Source: a plasmid | Strand: one strand, 5' to 3' | Sequence record: NZ_CP118109.1 | Length of the DNA: 64,000 nt | Part shown: positions 36,692-45,974 of the stretch, in pieces | How positions within the stretch are numbered: position 1 is the first letter of the stretch | How the letters are laid out: the number at the start of each line of letters is the position of its first letter | The notes under the pieces: generated by a model | What the model saw: only the letters and a program-made list of their open reading frames with translations | Told to the model about the DNA's origin: nothing | Databases searched by the model: none | Position numbers and translations under genes: made by a program

Positions 36692-37699
36692 ATGTTAGAT
36701 AAAATTAAAAGCGATATTCAAAACGCAATCTCTGTTGAAGTAGGCATGATGACTGGTAATGGTACTTATCCTGTTATCGTTCAAGATATTTCTGAGGGAT
36801 CCATTACAAAAGGATGGTCGTTAACTTATTACCCTCGGTTGCTCAATACTAATGGCCCAGAGCGCTTATATGACGGAAGAGAAGCTTTCTCTACACTCCG
36901 AATTGCTAATTTCAGCTCCCTTTATCAAGCCATTATGGGCATTGACCAGCGATTTCTGAATGGCGATTCTGTTGAGATTGGCGCAAATAATCGTAAGCGT
37001 GCCACTTATGAACTCAATGGAGCTCGTTTCTCTGCTGTTGAGTATGAAAATAGTGTATCCATTTCACTCACAATTACTCATGATAAATCTCCTCTACATA
37101 TGCTTAACATCAATTTTCGAGTAGTGGATAGCAACAAAGCACCAGGTAGTCGCTATTTAATCGGCATGGAGGACCATTGGGATCGCAATACAGATGTATT
37201 TACTGAAGAAAATGCTTCACTCACACCGAAAAAACGACGCATGCTTCAGGTTCACCAAGATAGGGCTAATGGACAAGTAACGCCTTACATTAAGACGATA
37301 GCACAACAAGGAAATCTTCCGAATACTTCGTTTGTTCATCCGGATGTGTCCCCATTCGAATACGTGCAGGATGTTCGAAATAAGTACAAGGCACTTGCCT
37401 ACATTCAAGAGCAAACCATTATAGAAATTGCAATGGAAAAAGCTCTTCAAATTGTGAATCAGCAATCGAATCAGCGGTCTCAGCATCAATCTTTTGGCTT
37501 TGGATCCCAAACATTCGGCTCTCAGCCTCCTGCTTTTAGCGCTCAGCATCCTTTTGCAGCTCAACCACTCTTTGGTCAGCAGTCGTCTTCGCAAGCGCCA
37601 CAGGCTCAACCACAAGGCTCTGCATCCCCAAATAGCTTTCAGGCGCAGTCTATGCAGTGGGGTGCTCCGGTTGATTCTGCAGGAAAGCAAATTTTCTAA
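36692..37699 (+). CDS. hypothetical protein with Q/S/FG-rich low-complexity C-terminal tail
   Basis: TTGGAGGAAA RBS plus ATG 36692. C-terminus QHQSFGFGSQTFGSQPPAFSAQHPFAAQPLFGQQSSSQAPQAQPQG. Confidence 0.5.
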   Translation: MLDKIKSDIQNAISVEVGMMTGNGTYPVIVQDISEGSITKGWSLTYYPRLLNTNGPERLYDGREAFSTLRIANFSSLYQAIMGIDQRFLNGDSVEIGANNRKRATYELNGARFSAVEYENSVSISLTITHDKSPLHMLNINFRVVDSNKAPGSRYLIGMEDHWDRNTDVFTEENASLTPKKRRMLQVHQDRANGQVTPYIKTIAQQGNLPNTSFVHPDVSPFEYVQDVRNKYKALAYIQEQTIIEIAMEKALQIVNQQSNQRSQHQSFGFGSQTFGSQPPAFSAQHPFAAQPLFGQQSSSQAPQAQPQGSASPNSFQAQSMQWGAPVDSAGKQIF

Positions 37700-37828
37700 C
37701 TAGACATTGCAACTCAGGGTTCCGATGATTATTTAAAATCGGGCCTTGCATGCAGTGCCTAATTGTTTAAAATAGTATTGAACAATGGGTTAACGTGATA
37801 TAATGTAGGATAGAAGGGAGGTTTCCTC

Positions 37829-39703
37829 TTGATACAAGTGCGCAGCCAATACGATAACGTATATATTAAAATATTGGATAACATAGATACATTCGAATAT
37901 ACTTTGTCCAGAGTTCGATCTTTGCCTGGACGTGCGTTCAACATGGAAACTGGCGAGTGGATGATCTCCCGTGACAATGTTGGTGCTCTTTTGTTTAATT
38001 TTAACAATCAGATTATCTGGATGACCCCGCTTAACGAAATCGTTGCTGGATTAGACATCTATGACGAGATTGTACAGAAGCACTTACAATGGGAATCCGA
38101 AACAGAGTTCAAGAAATTTAAGCTGTTGCTATATCCATATCAAAAAGTGGGTGCAAACTTTCTTCTTGATCGAGGATCCGCTGCCGTTTTTGATGGTTGC
38201 GGTCTTGGCAAGACTCCGCAATTGATCGGCGCTTTTGAGAAAATTTTTGAACGTGGTGGCAAGCGCGGACTGATCGTCACACTTAATTCTCTTAAGAGGC
38301 AATGGGCTAAGGAAATTGAGAAGTTTACGGGTAAGCCAGCTATTCCAGTAACAGGCACATCCAAGCAGAGAGAGAAGCTCATACGTGGCTTCGCTTCACA
38401 TAAGAAGACACAATATTTGGTGATCAACTATGAAATCCTGCGGGATGAAAAACTTCGCAAACTTATTACTAGTATTCCTTTTGATGCCGTTGGATTAGAT
38501 GAGGCTCAAAAAATAAAGAATGGTGTAACAGATACCTTTTTGGATCTCAAGCCAAGCCAGATAGCTTCCGCCACTTATGAGCTAAAATATATTCCTCATC
38601 GGTTTATTGCTACTGCTACACCTATGCAGGGTAAAGCAGAAGAGGTGTGGAGTCTGTTCTACTTCGTTAATGAACATATACTCGGTGATTGGTATGCTTT
38701 TCGTGAAAGATACTGCGAGTATAGCAAGCGATATGGGATTACAGGCTACAAAGAGCTTGGAGAACTTTATTATCGCATTGCGCCTTACTTTATACGGAGA
38801 ACGAAAGAGAACCCAGAAGTACAACAGCAATTGCCTAAAGTTACAGATGATCCAATCTTCCTTGATATGACCGATAAGCAAGCACAACTTCATGATTATC
38901 TTCTGGATAAGTACATGGAAGTTAAAGAGACAGCTAAGAAGATTTCCTCTAGCCCGGATCAGTATCATTTTATCGCCGGCAAAAGCATGTCTAAAGAGGA
39001 GGCGAAGGAATATTACGATGCATTAGCTCAAGGCTATCAAATATTTATGCTGAGTGCTTGTGATTCTCCGCAGCTTCTTACAATGTCCGATTCATCCATG
39101 GCGCAAGGCATACTGAAGGATATCTCTTTGTCCGAGAAAGACCTTAAATCACCAAAGGTGGATCATATTGTTCAGTTCTATGAGCAAATGCTTTATGATG
39201 AGCCAAAGTCTAAGGTTGTTATATTCACTCAGTTTGCCCGTATGGCTGAGCTTATTCATAGCAAGCTCAAGCAATCGGTGGTATTCCATGGAAAGATGAA
39301 TGACAACGCGAAGGAATTTGCTAAAGAGCAATTCGTTAATAATCCGAACATTAAGGCCATTGTGTGTACCGATGCTGGAAGCACTGGACTGAATTTGCAG
39401 GTTGCCAACTATATGATTCATGCTGACTTGCCTTGGGATCCTACTTTAGTTGAGCAGCGGAATGGCCGCATTGATCGCACAGGCAATAAGTTTAGCAACA
39501 TCAACATCTATTATTTGATCATGAATAACGGATACGACGAGCATCTGCTGAATATTCTCGAGCGTAAATCATCGATGGCCAATACAGTTATTGATGGCGG
39601 CAAGTCAACCGCCTCATCAAAGAACATAAGCAAGCTTGCAATGGAAAACATGATCAAGGAAAGAAAAAAATCTTCTCAGGGTCTTGTAACTGTTGGAGGT
39701 TAG
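37829..39703 (+). CDS. SNF2-family helicase/translocase
   Basis: Motif I DGCGLGKTPQ, motif II LDEAQKIKN, motif V GSTGLNLQ, motif VI QRNGRIDRTGNK. AAGGGAGG RBS plus TTG start. Confidence 0.8.
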   Translation: MIQVRSQYDNVYIKILDNIDTFEYTLSRVRSLPGRAFNMETGEWMISRDNVGALLFNFNNQIIWMTPLNEIVAGLDIYDEIVQKHLQWESETEFKKFKLLLYPYQKVGANFLLDRGSAAVFDGCGLGKTPQLIGAFEKIFERGGKRGLIVTLNSLKRQWAKEIEKFTGKPAIPVTGTSKQREKLIRGFASHKKTQYLVINYEILRDEKLRKLITSIPFDAVGLDEAQKIKNGVTDTFLDLKPSQIASATYELKYIPHRFIATATPMQGKAEEVWSLFYFVNEHILGDWYAFRERYCEYSKRYGITGYKELGELYYRIAPYFIRRTKENPEVQQQLPKVTDDPIFLDMTDKQAQLHDYLLDKYMEVKETAKKISSSPDQYHFIAGKSMSKEEAKEYYDALAQGYQIFMLSACDSPQLLTMSDSSMAQGILKDISLSEKDLKSPKVDHIVQFYEQMLYDEPKSKVVIFTQFARMAELIHSKLKQSVVFHGKMNDNAKEFAKEQFVNNPNIKAIVCTDAGSTGLNLQVANYMIHADLPWDPTLVEQRNGRIDRTGNKFSNINIYYLIMNNGYDEHLLNILERKSSMANTVIDGGKSTASSKNISKLAMENMIKERKKSSQGLVTVGG

Positions 39704-39714
39704 GAGGAATCTTT

Positions 39715-40530
39715 ATGAAAGGAATGCCGGTTGTTGTAAAGAAGGTCCCATATTTATATGGGCCTGAAAAAGAGAAGGTTTACTTCGCTCACCAATTGAT
39801 TCACTTAGAAGCAATGGGCAGGTCAGATTATTGGGGTGAAGAATTTATTCCTGATGGAAACTATAGCTTTAAGGTCGAGCCCGATACTTTTTATAACTTG
39901 TATAATTACACCGGTCGTCTTGATCATAAGCGGGTTCACTACTATGATAAGCGCCAGAAGCGTAGAGTCTGGCGCTCTCTTTATGACCTGCATCTACAGT
40001 TTAATCAGCATGGCCAAGTGCATGTGCTTTGCAAAACAAGTGGTGTTACTAAGCAGCAGGCTAGAAAGATAATTGTCCGTGAAGTTATTAAATTTGAGAA
40101 GACTAGCTATGTTCGCAAACATATATGGCCAAAGGTTATCCATAAGCACCGATTAACTCATATATTTAAGAATTTTGGGGATCGAGGTCATTTATGGGTC
40201 TCATCTACCTGGGGAGAACCTATTGATACCATATGTGAAAAAAGGTTCGGGCGGATTACAAAATCGCCTCTTGGCATCGGCAAATTCTATACATATAAGC
40301 CGAAGTTCAAAGTAAATTTTAGTTCTTGGATAAATTCCAGCTCAAGTGATTTGAAAGGTGAGTATCAGAACCCAGACATTTCTTATATTAATTACAGTGG
40401 AGGATCATATTCGAGATCAAGTTGTCATGACAATGATTTGCTTTTAGAAATTGAAGCCCAGCTTGATCTTAATAACTTGATGAAGAAGTACCACGATCAG
40501 CAACGATACGAATCTATATTCAACACATAA
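39715..40530 (+). CDS. hypothetical basic protein, 271 aa
   Basis: GGAGGAA RBS plus ATG. Confidence 0.5.
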   Translation: MKGMPVVVKKVPYLYGPEKEKVYFAHQLIHLEAMGRSDYWGEEFIPDGNYSFKVEPDTFYNLYNYTGRLDHKRVHYYDKRQKRRVWRSLYDLHLQFNQHGQVHVLCKTSGVTKQQARKIIVREVIKFEKTSYVRKHIWPKVIHKHRLTHIFKNFGDRGHLWVSSTWGEPIDTICEKRFGRITKSPLGIGKFYTYKPKFKVNFSSWINSSSSDLKGEYQNPDISYINYSGGSYSRSSCHDNDLLLEIEAQLDLNNLMKKYHDQQRYESIFNT

Positions 40531-40573
40531 AAATTATCTCTTTTGAAATTAATGTTTATTGGGGTGAACATTC

Positions 40574-40921
40574 ATGGAATTAATGACAGCCTATCATTAT
40601 CGAGACCCCGGTGAGTTTCAGGCTTCAATCAATTTGCAGAAGGCTAAAAATGGGGATTTCATTGGCTTCTGGACTACAGAAAAGGGGTTAGTTATTCGGC
40701 CTGCCAATATGACAGATAGTCATCTTTTAAATTGTATTCGCCTAACTGAAAGAAGAGTGCAGGATATTGATCTTCGCGAGCTTGCTTCTCAAATTATGAG
40801 TAAAAAATACAGGCGCAATAAAGCTAAAAATATAAGGATGGATGTTATTGCTGAATATCTTCGCAAATCCAAAACTTATTTATTGATGATTGAAGAAGCA
40901 AAAAACAGGGGGTTGATCTAA
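40574..40921 (+). CDS. MELM-N-terminus family protein (MELMTAYHY), 115 aa
   Basis: N-terminus matches the 25310-26318 family. Confidence 0.45.
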   Translation: MELMTAYHYRDPGEFQASINLQKAKNGDFIGFWTTEKGLVIRPANMTDSHLLNCIRLTERRVQDIDLRELASQIMSKKYRRNKAKNIRMDVIAEYLRKSKTYLLMIEEAKNRGLI

Positions 40922-41262
40922 TGCCTAAAGAACAATTTTTTAATTATAGTAGTGTACTAGAAATCGCATTATCTACTCAGTCAATTAATAGCAATAATAT
41001 CCAGTATCAAGAAGAAGAATTGAAAGTTGCAAATGTCATTTTTAATAACAACTCAGTATCTGATGAGCAGCTTGATAACATTAGCTTTGAAGGCATTAAA
41101 CGACTATTCGAAGAGATTAATTATACTGCCACCCTTGAAGATGGGGAGGAGTATACTCCCAATATGCTGAGAGACAGTATTTATCAACATGTATATATGC
41201 GCGAATTTATATTTGAGCTAAAAAAGATGCAGCGAGTTCGACAACCAGTAAAATTTTTTTAA
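40921..41262 (+). CDS. hypothetical protein, 113 aa
   Basis: TAATG overlap. Confidence 0.45.
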   Translation: MPKEQFFNYSSVLEIALSTQSINSNNIQYQEEELKVANVIFNNNSVSDEQLDNISFEGIKRLFEEINYTATLEDGEEYTPNMLRDSIYQHVYMREFIFELKKMQRVRQPVKFF

Positions 41263-41276
41263 TAGAGGTGTGATCC

Positions 41277-41804
41277 ATGCACGAAGTTACCCCTTTGTTC
41301 GGAGCTGAAGAACGTGATTATTGGCTTAATCAATTAGATATTCTTGCACTCTTGAAAATTCGAAGGATTAATAATTTTGAAACTTCATCGGAATTTAATA
41401 ACTTAACAACTCAGCCTGGTGATGGATTAGTTCAAACATTATTTCGCCTAACTCTTCACGATCTTATATTTCCCTACGGAGCAGTATTTGGCTATTCCGA
41501 TGATGATCATGAAGATACAATTGCGAGAATCGAGTTTTATTTTCGTGAAGATTTAACAGAAACAGAATTAAAAATACTAGCTCCCATCAAAAAGAAGTTT
41601 GAAGATATTCTTGATGATATTTCAGGTTTTGATTTTGATGCCTCGTGGGAAATCGAACAAGAAGATATATTGCATATTAAATATTATTATTTTGTTGGTG
41701 TGGGGTTGGGTGCTATAAATTTTATGAACTTACTTAAAGAAATAAAGCCATATTTAACAGAAGGAGGCAATGGAAATGTCAGTCAAGATCGAGCTTCATC
41801 CTGA
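41277..41804 (+). CDS. hypothetical acidic protein, 175 aa, directly upstream of the E2-like gene
   Basis: GAGGTG RBS plus ATG. No JAB/MPN HxH motif seen. Confidence 0.45.
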   Translation: MHEVTPLFGAEERDYWLNQLDILALLKIRRINNFETSSEFNNLTTQPGDGLVQTLFRLTLHDLIFPYGAVFGYSDDDHEDTIARIEFYFREDLTETELKILAPIKKKFEDILDDISGFDFDASWEIEQEDILHIKYYYFVGVGLGAINFMNLLKEIKPYLTEGGNGNVSQDRASS

Positions 41805-42447
41805 AAAGATGCCGCTTTTAATTATTGAAGATAATGGAGTTAAAACGACGAAATATGTTTATGCGGATCAAATTATTGATATGCTTCAATCATCAACAGG
41901 AGGGAAAGAATTTACATCTGATAGAGTGGTTCTTACTTCTCCTGCGCTTCCACAAAACACAGCCAAATATGCTCAATCTGAAAAAGGAACAAACTATTTA
42001 TTTATTACAGTAGAAGAAACTACCCATGATGTTAAATATCATGATTTTAGTTTCGAATCGATACCATATCCAAAAATGGTTTTTGCTTTTGCTGTTGCTG
42101 GTAAAACACTCATATCGGCATATGTTGCAGCTTATAAAGACTTAAGCCTTAGAGACACGTCTGAGCTATACCGATTCCCTTATTCTAATGTTTACGATAG
42201 TGGAAAGCTCTGCTACTGGACTAATGAGTTGGTTCATGATCTTGTGCAGTTGCAGACATTCCCTTATCAATGGCGTGAAGTGCCTAATAATGATCATATT
42301 TATTTTTCCGGAGAAACCAACAAAATTAAAGACACCTTGTATAATGTCTTTGACATGTTTAAAAACAAGCCATTTGATTACGATATCCTAACACCAATGA
42401 ATACGACATTTGGTGATTGGTCTAGATTATTTATTAATAACAACTAG
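41770..42447 (+). CDS. E2-like ubiquitin-conjugating (UBC-fold) protein candidate
   Basis: FPYSNVYDSGKLCYWTNEL aligns to the E2 active-site block HPNIYxDGKICLDIL (Pro-Asn ... Gly-Lys-Leu-Cys). Confidence 0.55.
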   Translation: MEMSVKIELHPEKMPLLIIEDNGVKTTKYVYADQIIDMLQSSTGGKEFTSDRVVLTSPALPQNTAKYAQSEKGTNYLFITVEETTHDVKYHDFSFESIPYPKMVFAFAVAGKTLISAYVAAYKDLSLRDTSELYRFPYSNVYDSGKLCYWTNELVHDLVQLQTFPYQWREVPNNDHIYFSGETNKIKDTLYNVFDMFKNKPFDYDILTPMNTTFGDWSRLFINNN

Positions 42448-42458
42448 GAGGAATTATC

Positions 42459-42884
42459 ATGGATTTTATTCAAGAGCAAGAAAACAATGAGGAATTAGAA
42501 AAACAAAAGCAGCTCGATTATATGATGAAATCAGTGGAGCCAGAAGAACCAGAAGACGAGGCAGAAAGCAAAGACGCTAATGTTGAGTATGATCTCTTTG
42601 GTGAGCCTATTGCTGCAGCAACTCCAAAATCAAAATCTTCAAAGCCTAAAGTCAATGCTACAAAGCCATCACCGACTGATCCTGTCAAATATGATACGAA
42701 TTGGGTATGTCTCGTTTACGATAAGCGCATTCCCGTTCCAGAAGACGGATTAACATTGGAAAAAGTGCGACAGTACTTGGAAATGGAGTATCCTCAATTT
42801 TCTAAAGACCGCACTGAAATGATGATTGATAAGGAGCAGAAATATATCATTCCAAATGTAACCAAAGCACCGAAAAAGGGGTGA
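42459..42884 (+). CDS. ubiquitin-like protein candidate with terminal Gly (ends ...KAPKKG-stop)
   Basis: C-terminal roughly 75 aa has a beta-grasp-like pattern (WVCLVYDKRIPV...LTLEKVRQYL...KYIIPNV) ending in Gly. N-terminal Lys/acidic disordered half. Lies immediately 5' of the E1. Confidence 0.5.
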   Translation: MDFIQEQENNEELEKQKQLDYMMKSVEPEEPEDEAESKDANVEYDLFGEPIAAATPKSKSSKPKVNATKPSPTDPVKYDTNWVCLVYDKRIPVPEDGLTLEKVRQYLEMEYPQFSKDRTEMMIDKEQKYIIPNVTKAPKKG

Positions 42885-42891
42885 TTATATT

Positions 42892-43707
42892 ATGATCAAG
42901 GAAATCAATGTAGCTGATTCTTTATCAGGATTTTCTATTGTTCAGATTGGCGTCGGAGGTAATGGAGGATATTTAACCCAGCGTCTTTCAAAAATGCTTA
43001 AATCTTTCCTGCAGACGAATCCAGTTTTTCGCTTTACTTATACGCTTATTGATGGGGATCGATTTGAAGAGAAGAATCTCCTGCGGCAACCATGCATCGA
43101 AGAAGATATTGGTTTTGTAAAGTCTCAAGTGTTAGCTGATCGTTATGGGAATGTTTATGACTTTCCGATTCATTATAAGGATGAGTACATTGAATCTATT
43201 CAAAGTATTGAAGAAGCATTTAGCATTGGGGGTCATCGGGTAAAGATTCTTATCGGCTGTGTTGATAATCATGCAACACGCAAGATCATGCATGAATACT
43301 TTCATAGCTGCACAGGCGATATTATCTACATTGATAGTGGAATTGATCCTTACGATGAAGATGATCCAGCTTCAGGATATTCTGGACAGATTGTTTGCGG
43401 TCTTAAATTAAGCGGAAAAGTAGTGCTACAGCCGGTTGGAGATCTATATGAAGATATCTTAACAGATACGGAATCAAAGCTCCCTACAGAGTCATGCGGG
43501 GATATTGTGGCTAATCAACCGCAGCGCATGATGACAAATGAAATGGCAGCTCTCGTTATGGCTGGCTATCTAAATAACATATTAGGCTCACGCACTCTTA
43601 TCAGTCATGTAACAAATTTCAACGCAAGACTATTATCAACACGCTCTGAATATATTACTGCAGGACAATTCGCTTTAGCAGAAAATGTCCGTTTAGTTAC
43701 AGCATAA
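42892..43707 (+). CDS. E1-like ThiF/MoeB-family adenylyltransferase
   Basis: VQIGVGGNGG P-loop, LIDGDRFEEKNLLRQP (E1 D.D...NL.RQ block), DIGFVKSQV, IGCVDNHATRKIM, candidate catalytic Cys in ESCGD. Confidence 0.75.
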   Translation: MIKEINVADSLSGFSIVQIGVGGNGGYLTQRLSKMLKSFLQTNPVFRFTYTLIDGDRFEEKNLLRQPCIEEDIGFVKSQVLADRYGNVYDFPIHYKDEYIESIQSIEEAFSIGGHRVKILIGCVDNHATRKIMHEYFHSCTGDIIYIDSGIDPYDEDDPASGYSGQIVCGLKLSGKVVLQPVGDLYEDILTDTESKLPTESCGDIVANQPQRMMTNEMAALVMAGYLNNILGSRTLISHVTNFNARLLSTRSEYITAGQFALAENVRLVTA

Positions 43708-43718
43708 TACACAATAAA

Positions 43719-43760
43719 AGCCGGTGGCTCTCATTTTGAGGGCTGCCGGCTTTTTTATTT
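43719..43760. terminator. bidirectional rho-independent terminator
   Basis: AAAAGCCGGTGGCTCTC-attttga-GGGCTGCCGGC-TTTTTTATTT, imperfect 13-bp stem. Confidence 0.55.
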
Positions 43761-43791
43761 CTCAATTCTTATAACAACGGAGGTTAGTTCA

Positions 43792-45009
43792 TTGAAGACT
43801 TTTTTCGAAGTGATGCAGATTGTCATTTTCCTTTGGTTAAGCTATTGGTTTGTCATTGGTCTATTCGGCTTCGGCAAAGCAAAGAAGTTAGCGAATCATG
43901 CGCCTGAAAACCGATTTTTGCTTCTAATTCCTGCGAATAACGAGGCGGCTGTCATATCTGACATCTTGGAAAATCTTAAGCAAATAGACTATCCTGATCA
44001 TCTATATGATATCTGCTTAATTGCTGACAACTGTCAAGACAACACAGCAGAGATAGGTAGATCCAAGGATGTAATGGTCCTTGAGCATTTTTATCTCCCA
44101 GGGGAGAAAAAAGGAAAGCCCTATGCTATTCGTTATGCGATTGAAACAGTCGATCTGAATCAGTATGATGCAATCTGTGTATTTGATGCAGACAATCTTG
44201 TTTCGAGAAATTATCTTGAACAAATGAACAATCACCTTTGTGCTGGAGAGAAAATCGTTCAATGCTACATAGACACGAAAAATCCTACAGACAACTTTGT
44301 AACGATCGCATTCGATACAAGCTTTCGTGTAATGAACAGATCATGGCAATTGGCCAAATCACGTCTTGGACTCAGTAACGTGATCGGCGGCACTGGATTC
44401 TGTGTAGAGATGAACGTATTTCGTGAAGTAGGCTGGACAGCTAAGAGCTTGACTGAAGACCTAGAATTTACAATGCAGGCTCTCCTTAGAGGCGTGAAAA
44501 CAACGTGGTGCCACCATGCTAAAGTATACGACGAGAAGCCTACTGGCTTTAAAGACAGCTGTATTCAGCGTCTTCGCTGGTCGAGAGGGCATTGGGATGT
44601 ATGCTTTAAATATACTGCCCCCCTGCTTAAAAGAGCATTCATAAAGGGAGACCTATCTGCATTTGACAGCGTTCTTTATCTGCTTAATCCAGGAAGAATT
44701 GCTGCCGCTTTTATCATGTCTTCATTTTTCTATATAGCTTTGGTTTTTGGCCACACTTTATACGATACGATTATTCCTATGTGGGTTTACACATTTATGC
44801 TTCTTTCTAATTTTATGTATATCCATATCTCATTAAAGGATGCAAAACATAAGGTGAATACCTTTAAGGCTTACTTCTATTTAAACCTAATTAGCCTATC
44901 TAATATTCCGCTTTATTTTTGGTCATTCTTGACTTTTTCTAAGAAAGTTTGGGTGACAACAAAACACACAAAGTCCTCAAGCCTTCAGCAAGTGGAGGAT
45001 CTTGTTTAA
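43792..45009 (+). CDS. membrane GT2 processive beta-glycosyltransferase (IcaA/PgaC/NodC-like, QxxRW)
   Basis: N-terminal TM, DxD (CVFDADN), QRLRWSRGHW (QxxRW), C-terminal multi-TM region. 405 aa. Confidence 0.7.
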   Translation: MKTFFEVMQIVIFLWLSYWFVIGLFGFGKAKKLANHAPENRFLLLIPANNEAAVISDILENLKQIDYPDHLYDICLIADNCQDNTAEIGRSKDVMVLEHFYLPGEKKGKPYAIRYAIETVDLNQYDAICVFDADNLVSRNYLEQMNNHLCAGEKIVQCYIDTKNPTDNFVTIAFDTSFRVMNRSWQLAKSRLGLSNVIGGTGFCVEMNVFREVGWTAKSLTEDLEFTMQALLRGVKTTWCHHAKVYDEKPTGFKDSCIQRLRWSRGHWDVCFKYTAPLLKRAFIKGDLSAFDSVLYLLNPGRIAAAFIMSSFFYIALVFGHTLYDTIIPMWVYTFMLLSNFMYIHISLKDAKHKVNTFKAYFYLNLISLSNIPLYFWSFLTFSKKVWVTTKHTKSSSLQQVEDLV

Positions 45010-45093
45010 ATCTGTAATATTAATTCGTATAACAGAGCATTTTTGACCTATTCTAATATCACAACCTAATATCTCCAAGATTATCGCCTATAT

Positions 45094-45107
45094 TGTAACG
45101 CATTACA
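45094..45107. promoter_or_regulatory. palindrome TGTAACGCATTACA (family copy 6a)
   Basis: Exact consensus. 97 nt upstream of ATG 45204. Confidence 0.5.
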
Positions 45108-45128
45108 TTATATGTAGTACTTTTATTT

Positions 45129-45158
45129 TGTAATGCATTGCAAAACATGGGGTATAAT
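45129..45158 (+). promoter_or_regulatory. palindrome-family copy 6b (TGTAATGCATTGCA) overlapping a TTGTAA -35, then TATAAT at 45153
   Basis: TTGTAA...GGTATAAT. Palindrome occupies the -35/spacer of a sigma-A-like promoter. Confidence 0.5.
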
Positions 45159-45203
45159 GCTATGATATCTTACGACAACCGAACAAAGCGAGGTGGAAAC
45201 AGA

Positions 45204-45926
45204 ATGAAACATCGTAATTTTTATACGATGGGCGTCATTAATGTCCTACTTGCTGCCGCACTTGTTACTAGCGTTCAAAGAGCGGATAGTAGCTTGCAAG
45301 AAAAGAGAAACACGATACATGACTTAAACCAGACTGTAGCTAACCAGAAGCTTCTGATCGACACTCAGCAGGAGGTGCTGAACGATCAGGAAATTTTGAA
45401 AAAGCAGAACAATGAATTGGCCTATCAGCTCAATACCGTTAAGGAAAAAAGAGCAGAAGAAAATGAGCAGTTCAAGGAGCAGCTGGAAGTGCAAAATCGT
45501 TTGTTCACTCAGAAAATTGAGAAGCTTTCGAGCGAAAAAGAACAAGCAAAGCAAAGTGCTAATTCCCAGACCAGGCAACTGAATTGGGATGAAGGCACCG
45601 GTTCGTCTTACATTGCCACGTACTATGATGCAAACGAGGCATCTACAGGTAAGGGACCCGGCCATCCGGCTTATGGAGTGACATTCTCCGGTCGGAAAGT
45701 AGAGGCTGGTGTTACGATTGCAGTAGACCCGAGATTGATCCCAATTGGATCGTGGGTCGAAGTCATGTATCCAGACGGCAGAGTAGAGAAGCGGCGCGCT
45801 GACGATACTGGTGGGGCTATTAAAGGCCACAAAATTGATATCTATGTGCCCGATGCTTCTGACCGTACTAGATACGGAAAGCACGAAGTCAAGGTGAGGA
45901 TTATCTCTACACCAGAGAAATTATAA
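45204..45926 (+). CDS. 3D-domain (YuiC/MltA-like) cell-wall protein with signal-anchor and coiled coil
   Basis: GAGGTGG RBS plus ATG. TM FYTMGVINVLLAAALV. C-terminal 3D-type Asp pattern (YGVTFSGRKVEAGVTIAVDPRLIPIGSWVEV...DDTGGAIKGHKIDIYV). Confidence 0.6.
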   Translation: MKHRNFYTMGVINVLLAAALVTSVQRADSSLQEKRNTIHDLNQTVANQKLLIDTQQEVLNDQEILKKQNNELAYQLNTVKEKRAEENEQFKEQLEVQNRLFTQKIEKLSSEKEQAKQSANSQTRQLNWDEGTGSSYIATYYDANEASTGKGPGHPAYGVTFSGRKVEAGVTIAVDPRLIPIGSWVEVMYPDGRVEKRRADDTGGAIKGHKIDIYVPDASDRTRYGKHEVKVRIISTPEKL

Positions 45927-45974
45927 TCACTGCAAATTATGAGGAGAGGGCGATCTGCCCGAGGAGGAACTAAC

